The notes beneath the pieces were generated by a model, which ran no database searches, was not told the origin of the DNA, and saw only the letters and a list, made by a program, of their open reading frames with translations. A stretch of 64,000 bases of DNA from Octopus bimaculoides (lineage: Eukaryota), in NCBI RefSeq assembly GCF_001194135.2, contig NC_068982.1, positions 52,034,867-52,098,866 on the forward strand, written 5' to 3'. Made by a program: the position numbers and the translations under genes. How positions within the stretch are numbered: the stretch's first letter is position 1; each line of letters opens with the position of its first letter. Of the stretch, positions 39,941 to 53,727 are shown in pieces.

Positions 39941-42592
39941 CTGCAAATATAAACAATATCATAAACAATATAAAAAAATATCAAAAAAAATATAAACAAT
40001 ATCATGTTATATTATGTATTATATCATCATCATCATTTAAGGTCATTTTTCCATGCTGGTGTGGGTTGGACAGTTTGGTAGGGGCTAGCAAGCCAGAAAA
40101 CTGCACCATGCTTCCCTGTCTGTTTTGGCATGGTTTCTATGATGGCTGGATGCTTTTACTAAAGCCAATATATTATATATTTATATATATGTAAAATATA
40201 AAGTGAGGATGCAAGGCCTAGAGGCTAGGGTGCTGCACTCATGATCACAAAATTGTGGTTCAATTCCTGGACAGGGTGGTACATTGTGTTCTTCAGCAAA
40301 ACACTTAATTTCATGCAACTCTGCAATCACTTCGACATCTGATGTGCAGCACACTGTGCACTTGTACAGACAATTTTAATTTGAAAAAGGGAGTGAGCTA
40401 ATGTGTAGCACAAACATTTGATCACTATAAGCAAATCATCTGTGCAGGTTGTCCTGCAAGAAACTGCAGAACCCTCATCTGTCATCTACGACAGGAGAGT
40501 TCACAATCATCATCATCATTGTTTAACGTCCGCTCTCAATGCTGGCATGGGTTGGATAGTTTAACACAAAGCTGCCTGGACTTCAACTGTCTGTTGTGGC
40601 ATGGTTTCTACGGCTGGATGCCCTTCCTAATGCCAACCACTTAGCAGAGTGTGTTGGGTGCTTTTTACGTGTCACCATCATGAGTGCGTTTACATATCAC
40701 TAACATGGGAGCGTTAATGCAGCACCAGCACAAGGTGCCTTTCAAGTGGCACCAGCACCTGGAAGGACAAGCCTTTATGTGTAGAAGACAGTGATTTTAC
40801 TTAGCTTGATGTGTCTTATCAAGTACAGCAAATCGCAACATCTCCTGGTCCCTTGTCATTTCCTTAGTGAGGCTCAAATATCATATATAACAGTATTATT
40901 TTTTCATCTTTTACTTGTTTCAGTCACTGGACTGCTACCATGTTGGGACACCATCTTAAAGGGCTGTTGTAGAACAAATCAATGCCAGTAATTACTTTAT
41001 TGGCCTTTTTGCCAAAGTGATATTTAATGGGAACACAAACAAACCATCACCAGTTATCAAGTAGCAAGGGAACAAATATAGACACAAAGACAAACACACA
41101 GTGGGCTTGTAGACAGTTTTTGTATATGAAATTCACTCAAAAGGCATTGGCTTGGGCTGTAGAAGACACTTGCCTAAGGTACTGCACAATGAGACTGAAA
41201 ATGAGACCATGTGGTTGCAAAACAAGCTTCTTACATATGCAGCCATGCCTGTGCCTATTATGTACTATATTATGTAACCATAATCACTGTCATAATAGTT
41301 TCAAATTTTGGTACAGGGGTCGTATGGACCTTGGTTGAGAATCCCTGAGCTAGAGTTTGTAATGTGGACTGAACTGATGTTTGTTGGATAGCATAATGAT
41401 TTGTGCTAAGTGACTGGCAAGGTGGGGTAGTGGTGTTAGCTGTAGAAGGGAAGAAGGATCAATAGTAGTGGGGCTGTTTCAGTTGGAGTGGGAGGCGGGG
41501 GTGTTTTGGATTCTGAGATATCACTGCAGGCAAAGTTTATAGGTATTGGTTTAAACAGACTGTTATTTGATGTGTCCTTCCTTTTTTAATACAGCAGAAT
41601 GGATCTTGAAGATTTAGCTGCTACTTCTAGCTTGTTGAACAACTACACTGAGGATACCTCAACTTGAGATTTTTAGTTGTGGGATGTGATGGTATGGGGT
41701 TGGTGCGAGTTTCATTGGTTGTTAGTTGCTGGAGAGGCTAGAGCAGGGATTCCCAACATGGGGCTTACATCCCACTGGTGGAGCATGGGAAAACTGTGGT
41801 GGTGCATAGTACCACAGATGCCAGACACAAGGTTCTCATTAAAGTGATTCGCATTTTCTCTTCTTAGTCAATCATCATCATCGTTTAACGTCTGCTTTCC
41901 ATGCTAGCATGAGTTGAATGATTTGACTGAGGACTGGCAAGCCAGAAGGCTGCACCAGGCTCCAATCTGATCTGGCAGAGTTTCTACAGCTGGATACCCT
42001 TCCTAATGCCAACCACTCCGAGAGTGTAGTGGGTGCTTTTACGTGCCACCAGCATGAGGGCTAGTCACACGGTACTGGCAGCAGCCACGCTCAAAAAGGT
42101 GTTTTTTATGTGCCACCTGCACGGGAGCCAGTCCAGTGGCACTGGCAACGACCTCGCTCGAATGATTTTATAATGTACTTTATTTGTACGCTGTACTTAA
42201 TAAAAGAGTTACTGGTAGATTCTTTTGTATTAGATAACTGGGATAAAATATTAAAAATAAAAATGTTTTATTCCAACCGCTAGTGGGGCATACATTTTTC
42301 TGGAAAGTTATAGTGGGGCTTGTGGGAAAATAGGTTAGGAAACACATGGCTAGAGTTTGTAATGTGGGCTGGACAGATGTCCGTGGGGCAGTATAGCAGT
42401 TTGTGAGAAATGACAAGCAAGGTCGGGTAGTGGTGTTGGCTGTAGCAGAAAGGAAGAAGGCTTAACAGATGTGGGGCTGTTTCAGTTGGAGTGGGAGGGG
42501 TGGTGGGGTTTGGACACTGTGATATCACTGTGGACAAAGTTGACAGATATTGGTTTAAATAGGAAATTACATTAGCTTCTAGTTTCTCTTAC

Positions 42593-42766
42593 CTGGCAAA
42601 CTTGTTTTTGAGTATTTTGTACCAAAACAAAATTGTGTTTCTATGAAACCGAAGTAGATTTTCACAACTAGATATTTCTAATTCTGTGTATAAATTAGTC
42701 ATTTCTTGGAATGCTTCAACTGCATCCTGGGCATTTTCTACAAGTAGTGACGTCTGGATGGAAGAA
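42593..42766 (-). CDS. RINT1: RINT1 coding exon 3 (SSIQTSLLVENAQ...FWYKILKNKFAS)
   Basis: Acceptor aattttag/, donor AG/GTAAGA, 174 nt, phase 2 to 2. SSCENLL..FWYKILKNK matches RINT1 SSCTHLL..FWHKILKDK. Confidence 0.95.
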
Positions 42767-43991
42767 CTAAAATTAAATGAAAAGAACAAAAAATAATCTG
42801 AAATAGTAGATTAAATATTTTATCATTTCATTTTAGGATTTAAATAATTGGAATTTAATTTATCATCATCACCATTTAATGTCCACTTTTCTATTCTTGC
42901 AAAGATCAGCTGGAATTTATTGATGCAGATCTTCTACAGCTGGATGCCCTTCCAGTAGCCAAACTTGTTTCCAAATAAGGTGAGATTTCCCTATGGCCTA
43001 TCATTGTTTCCATTGAAAAGCGGAAACAAAAAACACTACTTGCATACTGGTGACACTTGTCTGCAACTATTTAATGATGTCAACACAAGGAGACAGTTAA
43101 ACACACACACACACACACACACACAAATATATAGTAGTGGACAAAAAGGGGAGCACTACATGGTCACTCAATCTATGAGAAATAGCAGCCAACTTTCCCT
43201 CAAACCACACCCTATCATACTAAATAAGAGGAGGACACATTAGATAACACAGTCGTCCTAGATATAACACTATCAAGACAGGGATAGTCATGGCTAGAAC
43301 ACCTTTTATCACAAGTTCACCTGATCAGGGTTCGTTTGGAGCTAAACAACTATTTCTGAGAAGTGAATGTACTGATTGTTTTTTCTTTTTTTTATTTAAA
43401 GTATATATTACATTGCACTCTAATCATAGCCTTGGAATTTGGGCTCCAAAAAAAAGCCCAGCAGGTGAACCAAAGGTTTACAATAGAGAAAGTGACAAGA
43501 GATGATGATGTACTCATTTTTGAAATCTTGTTTTTCATATCCTGAGATCAGTGCTGATAGTAGCTTCCAGAAGATTGTTCCATATATAAACAGCTGAGTG
43601 TAGAAAGCACCAATCCAGTATGTGGGTCTTGGAATTGGATATCAAGTGTTTATAATGTCTTTCATCTGGGGTGACAGTACAGCCCAGATGGGTTATTTAC
43701 AACTTGTAGAGTAACATTGCACTGTAGGCTGCTGATGCCAACTACAGACTTCCAGGGCTTTCTTTTGGAAAGAGTTGAGTTGATGAGTACACTTTTACTT
43801 GTTTGTCATTGGACTGTGGCCATGCTGTGGCACATTCTTGAAGAGTTTAGTTGAACAAATTGACCCTAGTACTTAACTTTTAAGTCTGGTACTTATTTTA
43901 TCAGTCACTTTTGCCAAACCACAAAGTTACAGGGATATAAACAAATCAACACCGGTAGTCAAGCAGTGGTGGTGCCAAACACAAATAGAAA

Positions 43992-44024
<33 letters not shown>

Positions 44025-44036
44025 GTGTGTTTGACC

Positions 44037-44208
44037 AGGCACAGGCATGGCTGTGTGGTTTGAGGTTTGCTTCCCAATGAATGACATGATTCTGGGTTCA
44101 CTCCTATTATATGATGCCCTGGGCAAAGTGTCTTCTACTATAGCCCCGGGCCAACCAAACCATTGTGAGTGGATTTGGTAGGCAGAAACTGAAAGAAGCC
44201 CATCATAT

Positions 44209-44270
<62 letters not shown>

Positions 44271-44490
44271 ATGTGTATTCATGTCGGTGTTTGTCTCTGA
44301 CCAATGCCTGACAACTGGTGTTGGCATATTTACATCTCCATTACTTAGCAATTCGGCAAAAGATGCTGATAGCATAAGTACCAGGCTTAAAAAGAAAGTA
44401 AGTATTGGGGTTGATTAGTTAGACAAAAATTCCTCAAGGCAGTGCTCCAGCATGGTCACAGTCTAATGACTGAAACAAGTAAAAGATAAA
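44037..44490 (+). mobile_element. SINE family B, full length with internal (TG)n
   Basis: Family B pattern; an inverted partial partner lies at 43795-43990. Confidence 0.82.
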
Positions 44491-45551
44491 ACGATAAAGG
44501 TAAACATATATGTTGTCAATGAAAGAATTTTGTTAATCTTGTTTCAGATTTCAACTAATTGATTTTTCAACATTTATCAGGGCAAATTTTGACACCAGGC
44601 CAGCAATATTTTGGTGGGGAGGCTGTAAATCAATTACATTGACCCCAGTAATAACAATCTTTTAACTAGTTGTGACCTAGCAGACCTATAACCAAAGACA
44701 TTCCTTGTTACAAGTTGAAAAGGCTGAATACAATACACAGCAGTTAGTCTGACGCTTTCTCACAAAACGTCAGTGACTATCATTAATAAAGAATTTAAAA
44801 ACAAGGGAATAACAACCACCAAGAAGGAACAGTCTTTTTTTTTTTGTTCAAGGAGATCTGATGAAAATGAATGAATCAATTGCTGAAACTCTGTCTGAAA
44901 AATAAAACATGAACTTATAATCACAGATTAAAGCTAACATAAAATAATCTAATACAGCTGGGATGGAAAGCCAGGAGGAAAGTGTGTCATCAAAGGAGAA
45001 GGGAAATATATAACAAAAAGAGTAGATTAATGCAGCTGTGACAACTTTTGCTAACATATTGTATTATTGCTTTCTGTGATCTACAAAAATACCAAGGATG
45101 TTTAGATGTAAGTGTGGCAATGAACAGATTAAAAAAGTAAGGGCAAGGCAATTCAACTGATACGATGATCATGCAGCAATCAGAAATCTAAATATAGGAG
45201 GTTTTGGACATTAGCCAATATTCTGGCATCAATCCCAAAAAGTTTAGATACCAAGAAATGCTACACTGGGCGGTGTCTTCAATGAGCAAATCTGTACGAA
45301 GAAAAATACGATTTCTTATGTAGGAATGATGACTTAGATTTATAGGAAAAATGAGAAATCATGACGTTCATGCTTTTCCAGTGGGTTCTGAGTAATAATG
45401 GCTTCAAATTTTGACACAAGGCCAGCAATTTGGGGAGTGGGCATAAATCAATCACATCAACCCCAGCGCTCAGCTGGTACTTATTTTATTGACCCTGATA
45501 GGAATGAAAAGCAAAGTCAACCTCAGCAGAATTTAAACTCAATGGCACCGA

Positions 45552-45600
<49 letters not shown>

Positions 45601-46464
45601 TGATGATTTCTTTTATTACTTTTATATAAACATTTACTATGGATTGTCATAAGAATTTAAGAACTTTCAGAATGTAAAATAATTTTGTTTTAGGAATGAT
45701 GTATCTTGAAGCAAATAAAGTTATAAATAGTAGAGTGTAAATATTGGGTTTAAAACCATTTGGATAGAAAAGTTGAGGGCTGTTCTTGAGATATAAATCA
45801 ACTGTAGACATGACAAGCATTTTATCACTGGACCAAAGCAAACTATTTTTATTGAAAGGGTTTCTTACTCACTATTTACTTGCTGTTATTTATAGACGGA
45901 TATATGTATTTACTAGTGGAGTAATACACAGGTTACATATATCCATCTGTATTTATTAGTGGAGTAATAAAGCATCTTCTTTATACATTGATCAACAAAG
46001 TAAAAAAATGAAAGATGGAATTAAATATTGGTCAATTAAGCTACTCTAGGAGTCTAACAGGATGATGGAGGTGCCGATGATAATAAAGATGATGATTGTA
46101 ACCTAGAAAAATAATAGTAAGTGGGAAGAGTGAATTAAAGTATTTCCTTTAGAGTTCAGCAGCCATTGCCACAAATATATATTCTTAAACAAATGAGCAA
46201 TGTTAAAAATAGCTCTTCAGAAAGTGCTAAGTTATATTTAGGCAAAAATGCAAGGCACATGTCAAAGGAATAAACTGTCAACTAAATAGTGATGGATCAG
46301 AGTATAGGACTAGGTTTCCAACTTTGAGGAGACTAGCAATCCAGAACTTGAAAAATAATGTAGAGCTTGATAGTATTCTTATTTAAGAAGAATGCGTTCT
46401 AAAAATAACTGCAGTCTGCAATGATATAGTTCTAAAAATATTCTGGCTAAAAAGAATATATAAC

Positions 46465-46692
46465 ATAAAAGACACCATTTCGAGTGTGGCCGTTTTCGTG
46501 CGGGTGACACGTAAAAGCGCCCACTACACTCTCTGAGTGGTTGGCGTTAGGAAGGGCATCCAGCTGTAGAAACTCTGCCAAATTAGATTGGAGCCTGGTG
46601 TTGCCATCCGGTTTCACCAGTCCTCAGTCAAATCGTCCAACCCATGCTAGCATGGAAGGCGGACGTTAAATGATGATGATGATGATGATGAT
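46465..46692 (+). mobile_element. Family C retroposon, young copy
   Basis: Nearly identical to 29414-29651, with CpGs retained. Confidence 0.85.
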
Positions 46693-46949
46693 CATTTATA
46701 CTTGTGTTAGTGCATCTTTCCTTCCCCCTTTCTCCCATATTTCTTTCTACTTGTGAACAAGCATGGTCAAGAAAGTACAATATCAGACTCCAATAGGCAT
46801 CACATTGGCAAGAACAGATGATGTATTACATATCATCATTAGCATAATTAAAATTTAAAAAATTTTTTACACAGGATTTCTGCAGTCTAACACCTTGCGA
46901 CTTGTCATAATCACACAACATCTGTGAGATTTAGCATCTTGAAATCACT

Positions 46950-47215
46950 CTCGCTCTTTCTTCCCATGCCTTTCTCAGCTTATTTCTATTGCTTGTTCTT
47001 GTCATTTTGATTATTTATCATTTCTTTATTATCATTGTCATGTTTGCACAAGCTCTCATATTTATACAAACTCAGAGTTCTTCTCCCAAACACTACAACT
47101 AATTCTTCTCTCAGCTCATTTATACTCCATTGTTCATACACACTGACATTACATATCCAGTGAAGCATGCTTGCTTCTTTTCTTTCCAGCCTTCACAAAT
47201 CCTCCATATTCAGTG
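46950..47215 (-). mobile_element. Decayed RTE-type LINE fragment
   Basis: ASMLHWICNVSVYEQWSINELREEL, paralogous to the 28598-28953 peptide. Confidence 0.65.
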
Positions 47216-48117
47216 TTCATGTTTTGTTGTAAATTTAGATTATTTATAGTGAAGGTACATGGCTTAGTGGTTAGGGTATGTGACTCATGATCATAAGGTT
47301 GTGAGTTTGATTACTGGCAGCATGTTGTGTCCTTCAGTAAGACATTTTATTTCATGTTACTCCAGTCCACTCAACTGGCAAAAATAAGTAGTACCTGTAT
47401 ATCAATGGGCCAGCCTTGTCACATTATGTGTTACCCTGAACCTCCCTGAGAATTACATTAAGGGTACACATGTCTGTGGAGTGCTCAGCCACTTGCATGT
47501 TAACTTCATGAGCAAGCTGTTCTATTGATTGATTCAACTGGAACCTTCGTTGTCATAAACAGAGAGCCAGTTTTTTTCTCTTCTTTTTTTTAATTTTTAT
47601 TTTAGACTATTTATTATCTTGTTAGCAACATGTACAAGATTTTTGCCAAACACACCAAAACTATGATGAACTGGGGCTCCAAGGCCAATGAGAGGATTTC
47701 CATGTTTATTTGTCCATTTTTACTGATTCCATGTCCCATTTTGATTTTTTTATAATATAGATACAGTTATTTGGCCACATTATGTACAGTTTGACCAAAC
47801 AGCATCTGAGAAAATAACATGCAAGTTTCATACAAACAGAGGACTCTCCACATTATCACTTGACCTGCCCTGCCAGAAATAGTAATCAAATTTCTTTCAA
47901 ATCACACGCCAACTTTTGTACATTGTCAGGAACTTATCAGACATTCCTCTTGTTAATGTAAGTTTTAAAAAATCAAAGCAAAACCATGTACTTATGTCCC
48001 TTATTCAATGCTGATAAAAACATTTCTTAAATCAACATTTCTTTTGCTTCTTCACAAACTTAGTTTCTTTTTTCTTCAACTATCATTGGCCAGTACTGAA
48101 GTTCAAAGTGAAAGCCT

Positions 48118-48480
48118 CTCTCTGCTACAAATGACAATCAAATCTCCCACATAGCAAATCTACTGGCTTAGAAAAGAGAAGGGCAACTGAACAATGTAAG
48201 TAATACTACATATAGTAGTAAAGCACTGTCTCAAGCCCTAGGACTCAAATGGCCAGTTTCCCAGTATCCATGTCATAAGTGACTAAGATTACAACACACC
48301 CAGTGAGTGGGATGCCAGTCATTGCAGGGTTACTCATTCACAGCTGAGAGGACTGGAGCAATGTGAAATGAAGTGTTTTGGTCAAGAACACAATGCATTG
48401 CCACCCAGTCAGGGAATCAAAACTATAATCTTGTGATTATGGATGCAAAACCGCCCACCACTGACTACTAGACAACATAC
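48118..48480 (-). mobile_element. Old SINE-like repeat, family E
   Basis: Direct-orientation paralogue at about 49465-49810 (ctctctgctacaaatg.caatcaaatctcc...gcaatgtgaaatgaagtgttttg). Confidence 0.6.
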
Positions 48481-49953
48481 CTTCCATACATACACTACAT
48501 TATATATAATGTAGTCCTAGATACTCCTCAAAAAGGTGGGACAGTGACAACCTGAATGATGTATTTCAAAGATTGGTTCAACCAGGGTAGACCTGAGGGT
48601 TAAACAGCAGCTGGATTCTGCTGAGAGGAGCTACAGCTGAATTGAAGATTATCAATAGGATTTTGATAGAATAAAATGATTGAAACAGAAGGGTCCTGAA
48701 CTAACAGTTTGTATGTCACAAGCTCATCTCTGTAGTCAGCACGTGTGTGTGTGTGTGTGTATTACTACATGTATATTTCATGTTACAATTCATGAACAGT
48801 GTCATTGATCACAGATTTCTGATGAGCCAAGCATTGGTTCACTGCAGCTCTAATGGCAAGAATGAGAAGGGAATGTGTAAACTTACACAGCAAACATCAT
48901 TCTTAAAGCACTTATTAAAAAAAAAATTTCTCAATGGTGTTTATATCCAACATCAATATAAATTGGAAAAGGACACACACACACACACACAAACATCTAT
49001 AATAGGCTCTTACTCATTTGCCTACCAAATATTCTATTCACAGCATATTAGTGAAACCCAAAAGAATGACATAAGACTTGTCCAAAGTACCTTACAATAG
49101 GATTGAACCTGAAACCATGTTGTTACAAGGCAAACTCCTTAAACACACAGCCATACCTGAACAGGACAATTTACACATTTATATCCACCAAGTTACCAGA
49201 AATCTACCCCATTTCTAAGAACATTCTTAGACCTCAGTATCTGCAAAAACAGAGATTAAAAAGTCTACTGCAGTGTAGTATTCATCTCTAGAAAATCTAG
49301 TATATATATTTCATTCAAAAGGTAACTTCATATATTTGTGTGTAGACACCCACCATAATGGCAGTGAACAGCTGTGGTGAATACAATTTCAAAGATTCTT
49401 ATTGTTCTATCTATACACCTACAAGCATAAACTGGTAAACAAAACAAGTCAGCTGGAAAGCATCTCTCTGCTACAAATGGCAATCAAATCTCCCTCACAG
49501 CGAATCTACTGTCTTAGAAAAGTGATGGACAAAAGAACAATATAATCCTACATATACTGTCTCAAGACCTAAGACCCAAATGACCAGTTACCCAGTTTCC
49601 ATGACATATAAACAACTAAGATCATAATACACCTACTGAGTGTCCAGTGCCAGTCCATTGCAGGGCTACCCATTTACAGATAAGTGAATTGAAGCAATGT
49701 GAAATGAAGTGTTTTGCTCAAAAAAACAACGTATTGCTACCTGGTTAGGGGATCAAAACCACAATCTTGTGATTATCGGTGCAAACCCTCCACCGATGAC
49801 TACTAGACAACATGCCTTCTCAACACATACTACATATGAAATAAAAGACAAGATGGTCAAGACTGGAAAGCCTGATTGTAGCTCTACTCAATCAATCTTA
49901 GCCTAGGGCTAAACAATAATAACTGGTGAAGAAAAAAAGGAAGAAGTAAATAC

Positions 49954-50195
49954 CTTAATTCATCTATTTTGGCTATTAGCCCAAAATACTGTGTATATCG
50001 ACTTAGTTCATCAACTTGACTTGTGATCTGAGAAAGCTCCTCAAACAGAGGTTCCATCAGCTTTGTGTGCTTCTCAATCTCATCATGCAACAATATTTCT
50101 TCACTGCAGAATGACTTCACCCGAGATTGTGCAGCTTCAGCATTACTAATAGCTTTCTTGATCTCACTTGGGACTTCAGTACTGGCCAACGATAG
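49954..50195 (-). CDS. RINT1: RINT1 coding exon 2 (LSLASTEVPSEIKKAISNAE...IAKIDELS)
   Basis: Acceptor ttttcttcag/, donor AG/GTATTT, 242 nt, phase 0 to 2. Aligns by eye with human RINT1 ISSEIPKRIRSALKNAEE...ISQIEELS as recalled. Confidence 0.92.
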
Positions 50196-51464
50196 CTGAA
50201 GAAAAAAAAAAATTCAAATAAGTTTCTGAAGAAGGCAAAAAAAATGTTAATTTTTCTTTAAGTACATGTTTTTATTGTGATTTTTTTAACTGAGGAATAT
50301 CAGATAAGTTCTAGACAACGTACAAAAGTTGATAAAACTAACTAAAACCCAGTAAAATGATGATAATAATAATAATAATAATAATAATAATCCCTTGTAC
50401 AGGCGCAAGGCCTGAAATTTGAGGGAGGGAGAAAGTCGATTACACTGACCCTAGTACACAACTGGTATTTGATTTATCGATGCCAAAAGGATGAAAGGCA
50501 AAACCGACCTCAGCAGAATAATAATAATAATAATAATAATAATGATTTCAAATTTTTTCCACAAGAGCAGCTTGGGATAGGGAGGATTATGTTGATTACA
50601 TCAACCTCAGTGCATAACTGGTACTTTTTTTAATTGACCCCCAAAAGGATAAAAGGCAAAGTCAACTTCAGCAGAATAATAATAATAATAATACATAAAG
50701 CATTTCAGTACAGTGAAAATAGTACCAAAACAAACCACTGCACATACCCAAGGCACATAGAGCTGCACTCAGTAGTGCGTAGTGCAGTGAAAGCATGTAA
50801 TAAAAATAAGACTACTGAATAATGATAATAATATTATTATAGTAAATTGGCCCAAAAGCACTTATCAGGGGAGGCACGATAATGTGGCTAAGTTTGTTCA
50901 CTGAAGACTATGTGAAAAAAAGTACAGTCTTGGAAGAGCATGAAAATGGTACAGGTATACCAAATAAAGTTTTGGAACAAAATTGGTTTGGTCAAAACAA
51001 AATTAGACCTCACTCACAATATAAAGAAAAAACTCAAATATCTGCGATAAGGCCAAGTATAAGTCAATGGGAGAAAGAAAATAGAAACAAAAAAGATGTT
51101 TAAAGAATATAATAATGAACGATCTTATGTAACTAACAACAGTCTATTAATTTGAAACACCCAACTTTTATACTTCCCTTTGGTTGATATCTCAATACTT
51201 TTTGAATACCGAAATAAAAATTTATTTATTTTTTTACATCTAAATTTTAAAAAACAAATTTTACATCCATTTTACCATTACATATTTTGAGTCTTAATTT
51301 GTTTTTCCCATTTGATGATAAAATTTCTTTAACCCTTTAGTATTTAAACCGGGCCATATCCAATTCAAGTATTCTGTTTTCTGTTAAAACTAGCCAAATC
51401 CAGCCACTCACAACTACCCTACAATGTCATTCTAAAAGTAAGTAATCACATCATAAAAATTTTG

Positions 51465-51877
51465 ACACATGAGGCTTTTTCGAGCGGGATCGTTTGCCAG
51501 TGCCCCCGGACTGGCTCATGTGCGGGCGACACATGATATCTTTCATGCGAGATCGTTGCCAGTGCCCATGGACTGGCTCTTGTGCGAGTGACACATGAGG
51601 TTTTTCGAGTGAGATCGTTGCTGGTGCCCCTGAACTGGCTCTTGTGCGGGTGGCACATAAAAGACACCATTTCGAGCGTGGCCGTTTTCGTGTGGGTGAC
51701 ACGTAAAAGCACCCACTACACTCTCTGAGTGGTTGGCGTTAGGAAGGGCATCCAGCTGTAGAAACTCTGCCAAATTAGATTGGAGCCTGGTGTTGCCATC
51801 TGGTTTCACCAGTCCTCAGTCAAATCGTCCAACCCATGCTAGCATGGAAGGCGGACGTTAAACGATGATGATGATGA
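51465..51877 (+). mobile_element. Family C retroposon with three tandem 5' units of about 62 bp
   Basis: gacacatga...gagatcgttgccagtgccc...gactggctc.tgtgcg repeated three times before the common tail. Confidence 0.85.
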
Positions 51878-52511
51878 AAATAATTAATGATTAATTCTAA
51901 ACAATGTGAATAATTAAGCATTACATTTGAAAGAATAATCTGAATGTTAAAGCGTTAATGAAAATATCTAACTTTATGATTTAGATATCTACAGCTTACT
52001 TTTCAATCTTGATAGTGTAGTTGGTAACTGAACTAATTATAAAAAAAAAAAAAATAAGAAGCACACTGAGACAAGCAGAGTAATAGGTTATGTGTAAAAA
52101 CACTTGTAGTCACAAACAGTTAATTTAGTAATTTCCTGCAAACAACCTCAGCTCCAACGTCATTTTACTCAAACAAAATATTTTCCTGATCTTAACGCTC
52201 GACAATATTGTGTTGCAGGAATTTTTTTTCAGTTTTAGAGCTACACTGGATATCAAAAAAATTAGATCACTGGGAAAGTAACAGATGGTGTTCCACATGT
52301 TAAGCAATGCTGCAAAAACTTTTTCATTGTTACTTGATAACTACTGCATGAAGTAGTAGACAAATTCCCATCATATCACACCCTATGGTCATAAAAATGG
52401 GAAGGACACATTAGATAGTGTAGTATTGGATATACAAAATCAGTGTGTGTCAAAATTGGGATGTCTTTGATAACAGGTTTGCTTGGGCCAAAACAACAAC
52501 TATGGATAACA

Positions 52512-53079
52512 TCTATATAATAATCTGCTTGTTCGTTCACCCGTTATACTTTAGTTAGTTAGAGGTGGAGTGAGTGAGAGGTGGAGAAAAAGTGTATGAG
52601 AAGGAGGTGAGGAGTGTGAGTAGAGAAGAATGAAGTGAGGAAGAAGTAGAGAAATAGGTATAATAAAGCCAACTGCATCACGTAGTTAGTTGAAGAGAGG
52701 CGAAGAGCAAGAGAAAAGACAGTGAGAGAAAAGAGGGAGAGAGAAATGTTAACGATGTGCTGTAGGGTGGGGAGGGAAAGAGAAAGAGATATGTTTAGGA
52801 TACAATATTTAGCAGAGGGCAATGTTCTGGTGGTGAGGTTAAAGAAAGGCGGATAAAGTGAGATGGGCAGGAGAGGCAGTTGCATTGAGAGAGAGTTAGT
52901 AGATGTGAGAGGTGAAGAGAAAGAGAGAAATATTAAGTGCTTAGTCGCAGGAAATTTTAAAATATAATATATTATTGTGACTGGGAGTGAAATACTTGGC
53001 AAAATAAAAGTGCAAATAATTTATTTCTTAAATAGCTTCTAATCTTTTTTGTTCTGTGGAATTTCCACGAACCCGCTAG
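52512..53079 (+). mobile_element. Non-autonomous Helitron copy 1
   Basis: A|TCTATATAAT 5' end, subterminal hairpin GTGGA-att-TCCAC, 3' CCCGCTAG. Confidence 0.72.
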
Positions 53080-53461
53080 TCTATAATATTCGCCTTCTAC
53101 TTGTTCGTTCGTTCGTTCACACGTTACGCTTTAGTTTGTTAGAGAGGAGGAGGTGGAGTGAAGGAGAGAGAGACAGAGAGAGGGAGGAGGAGTGAGTGAG
53201 ATAGCAGATGGTCAACCGATGCGTTACGCTTTTAGTGGAAGTGAGAGTGAACAGACACGAAGAATGGAATTACATGGTTTAAAGTTTGTTGGAGAAAGAG
53301 AAACAAAGTGTTAAACAGGGGGATATTTTAAAATCGTATTCTATATTATCGTGACTGAAGGTGAAATAACTTAGCAAAATAAAAATTAAAATCATCCTTT
53401 CTTCCTTAAATAGCTTCGCTTAATTTTTTCCGTTACGTGTTATTTCCATGGGTCCCGCTAG
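53080..53461 (+). mobile_element. Non-autonomous Helitron copy 2, head-to-tail with copy 1
   Basis: Starts TCTATAAT, shares cttgttcgttc...gtta..ctttagtt.gttagag and the 3' block aaatagcttc...cccgCTAG|T with copy 1. Confidence 0.72.
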
Positions 53462-53727
53462 TATTAATAAGATTCTGCGTGTCATGACATGTGTTCGAAT
53501 GTTACGTCATGTTTTTGAAGGGAAATAACCCAGTTCAAACTATTATGGTTAGGCAGAATGTAAAACACAAAATAAGGGATTCATTCTAGTTTGTCTTTTA
53601 ACTTTTTACATTTCTGAAAATTTTTTTGCTCTAAATATTTCATTCACGTCTACACCGTCTCTTCATGCTTTCGTATATTTTTGCAATGCAAACATCGTTC
53701 TCAGTTCACATGTAAACACCCTTCACT

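Noticed and set aside
48810-48850. CTGATGA followed by a small hairpin, considered as a hammerhead or C/D snoRNA
   Set aside because: No GAAA after the hairpin, and no terminal stem or box D arrangement.
52559-53002. 147-aa Leu/Ser-rich ORF
   Set aside because: Antisense reading of the GA-rich interior of the non-autonomous Helitron.
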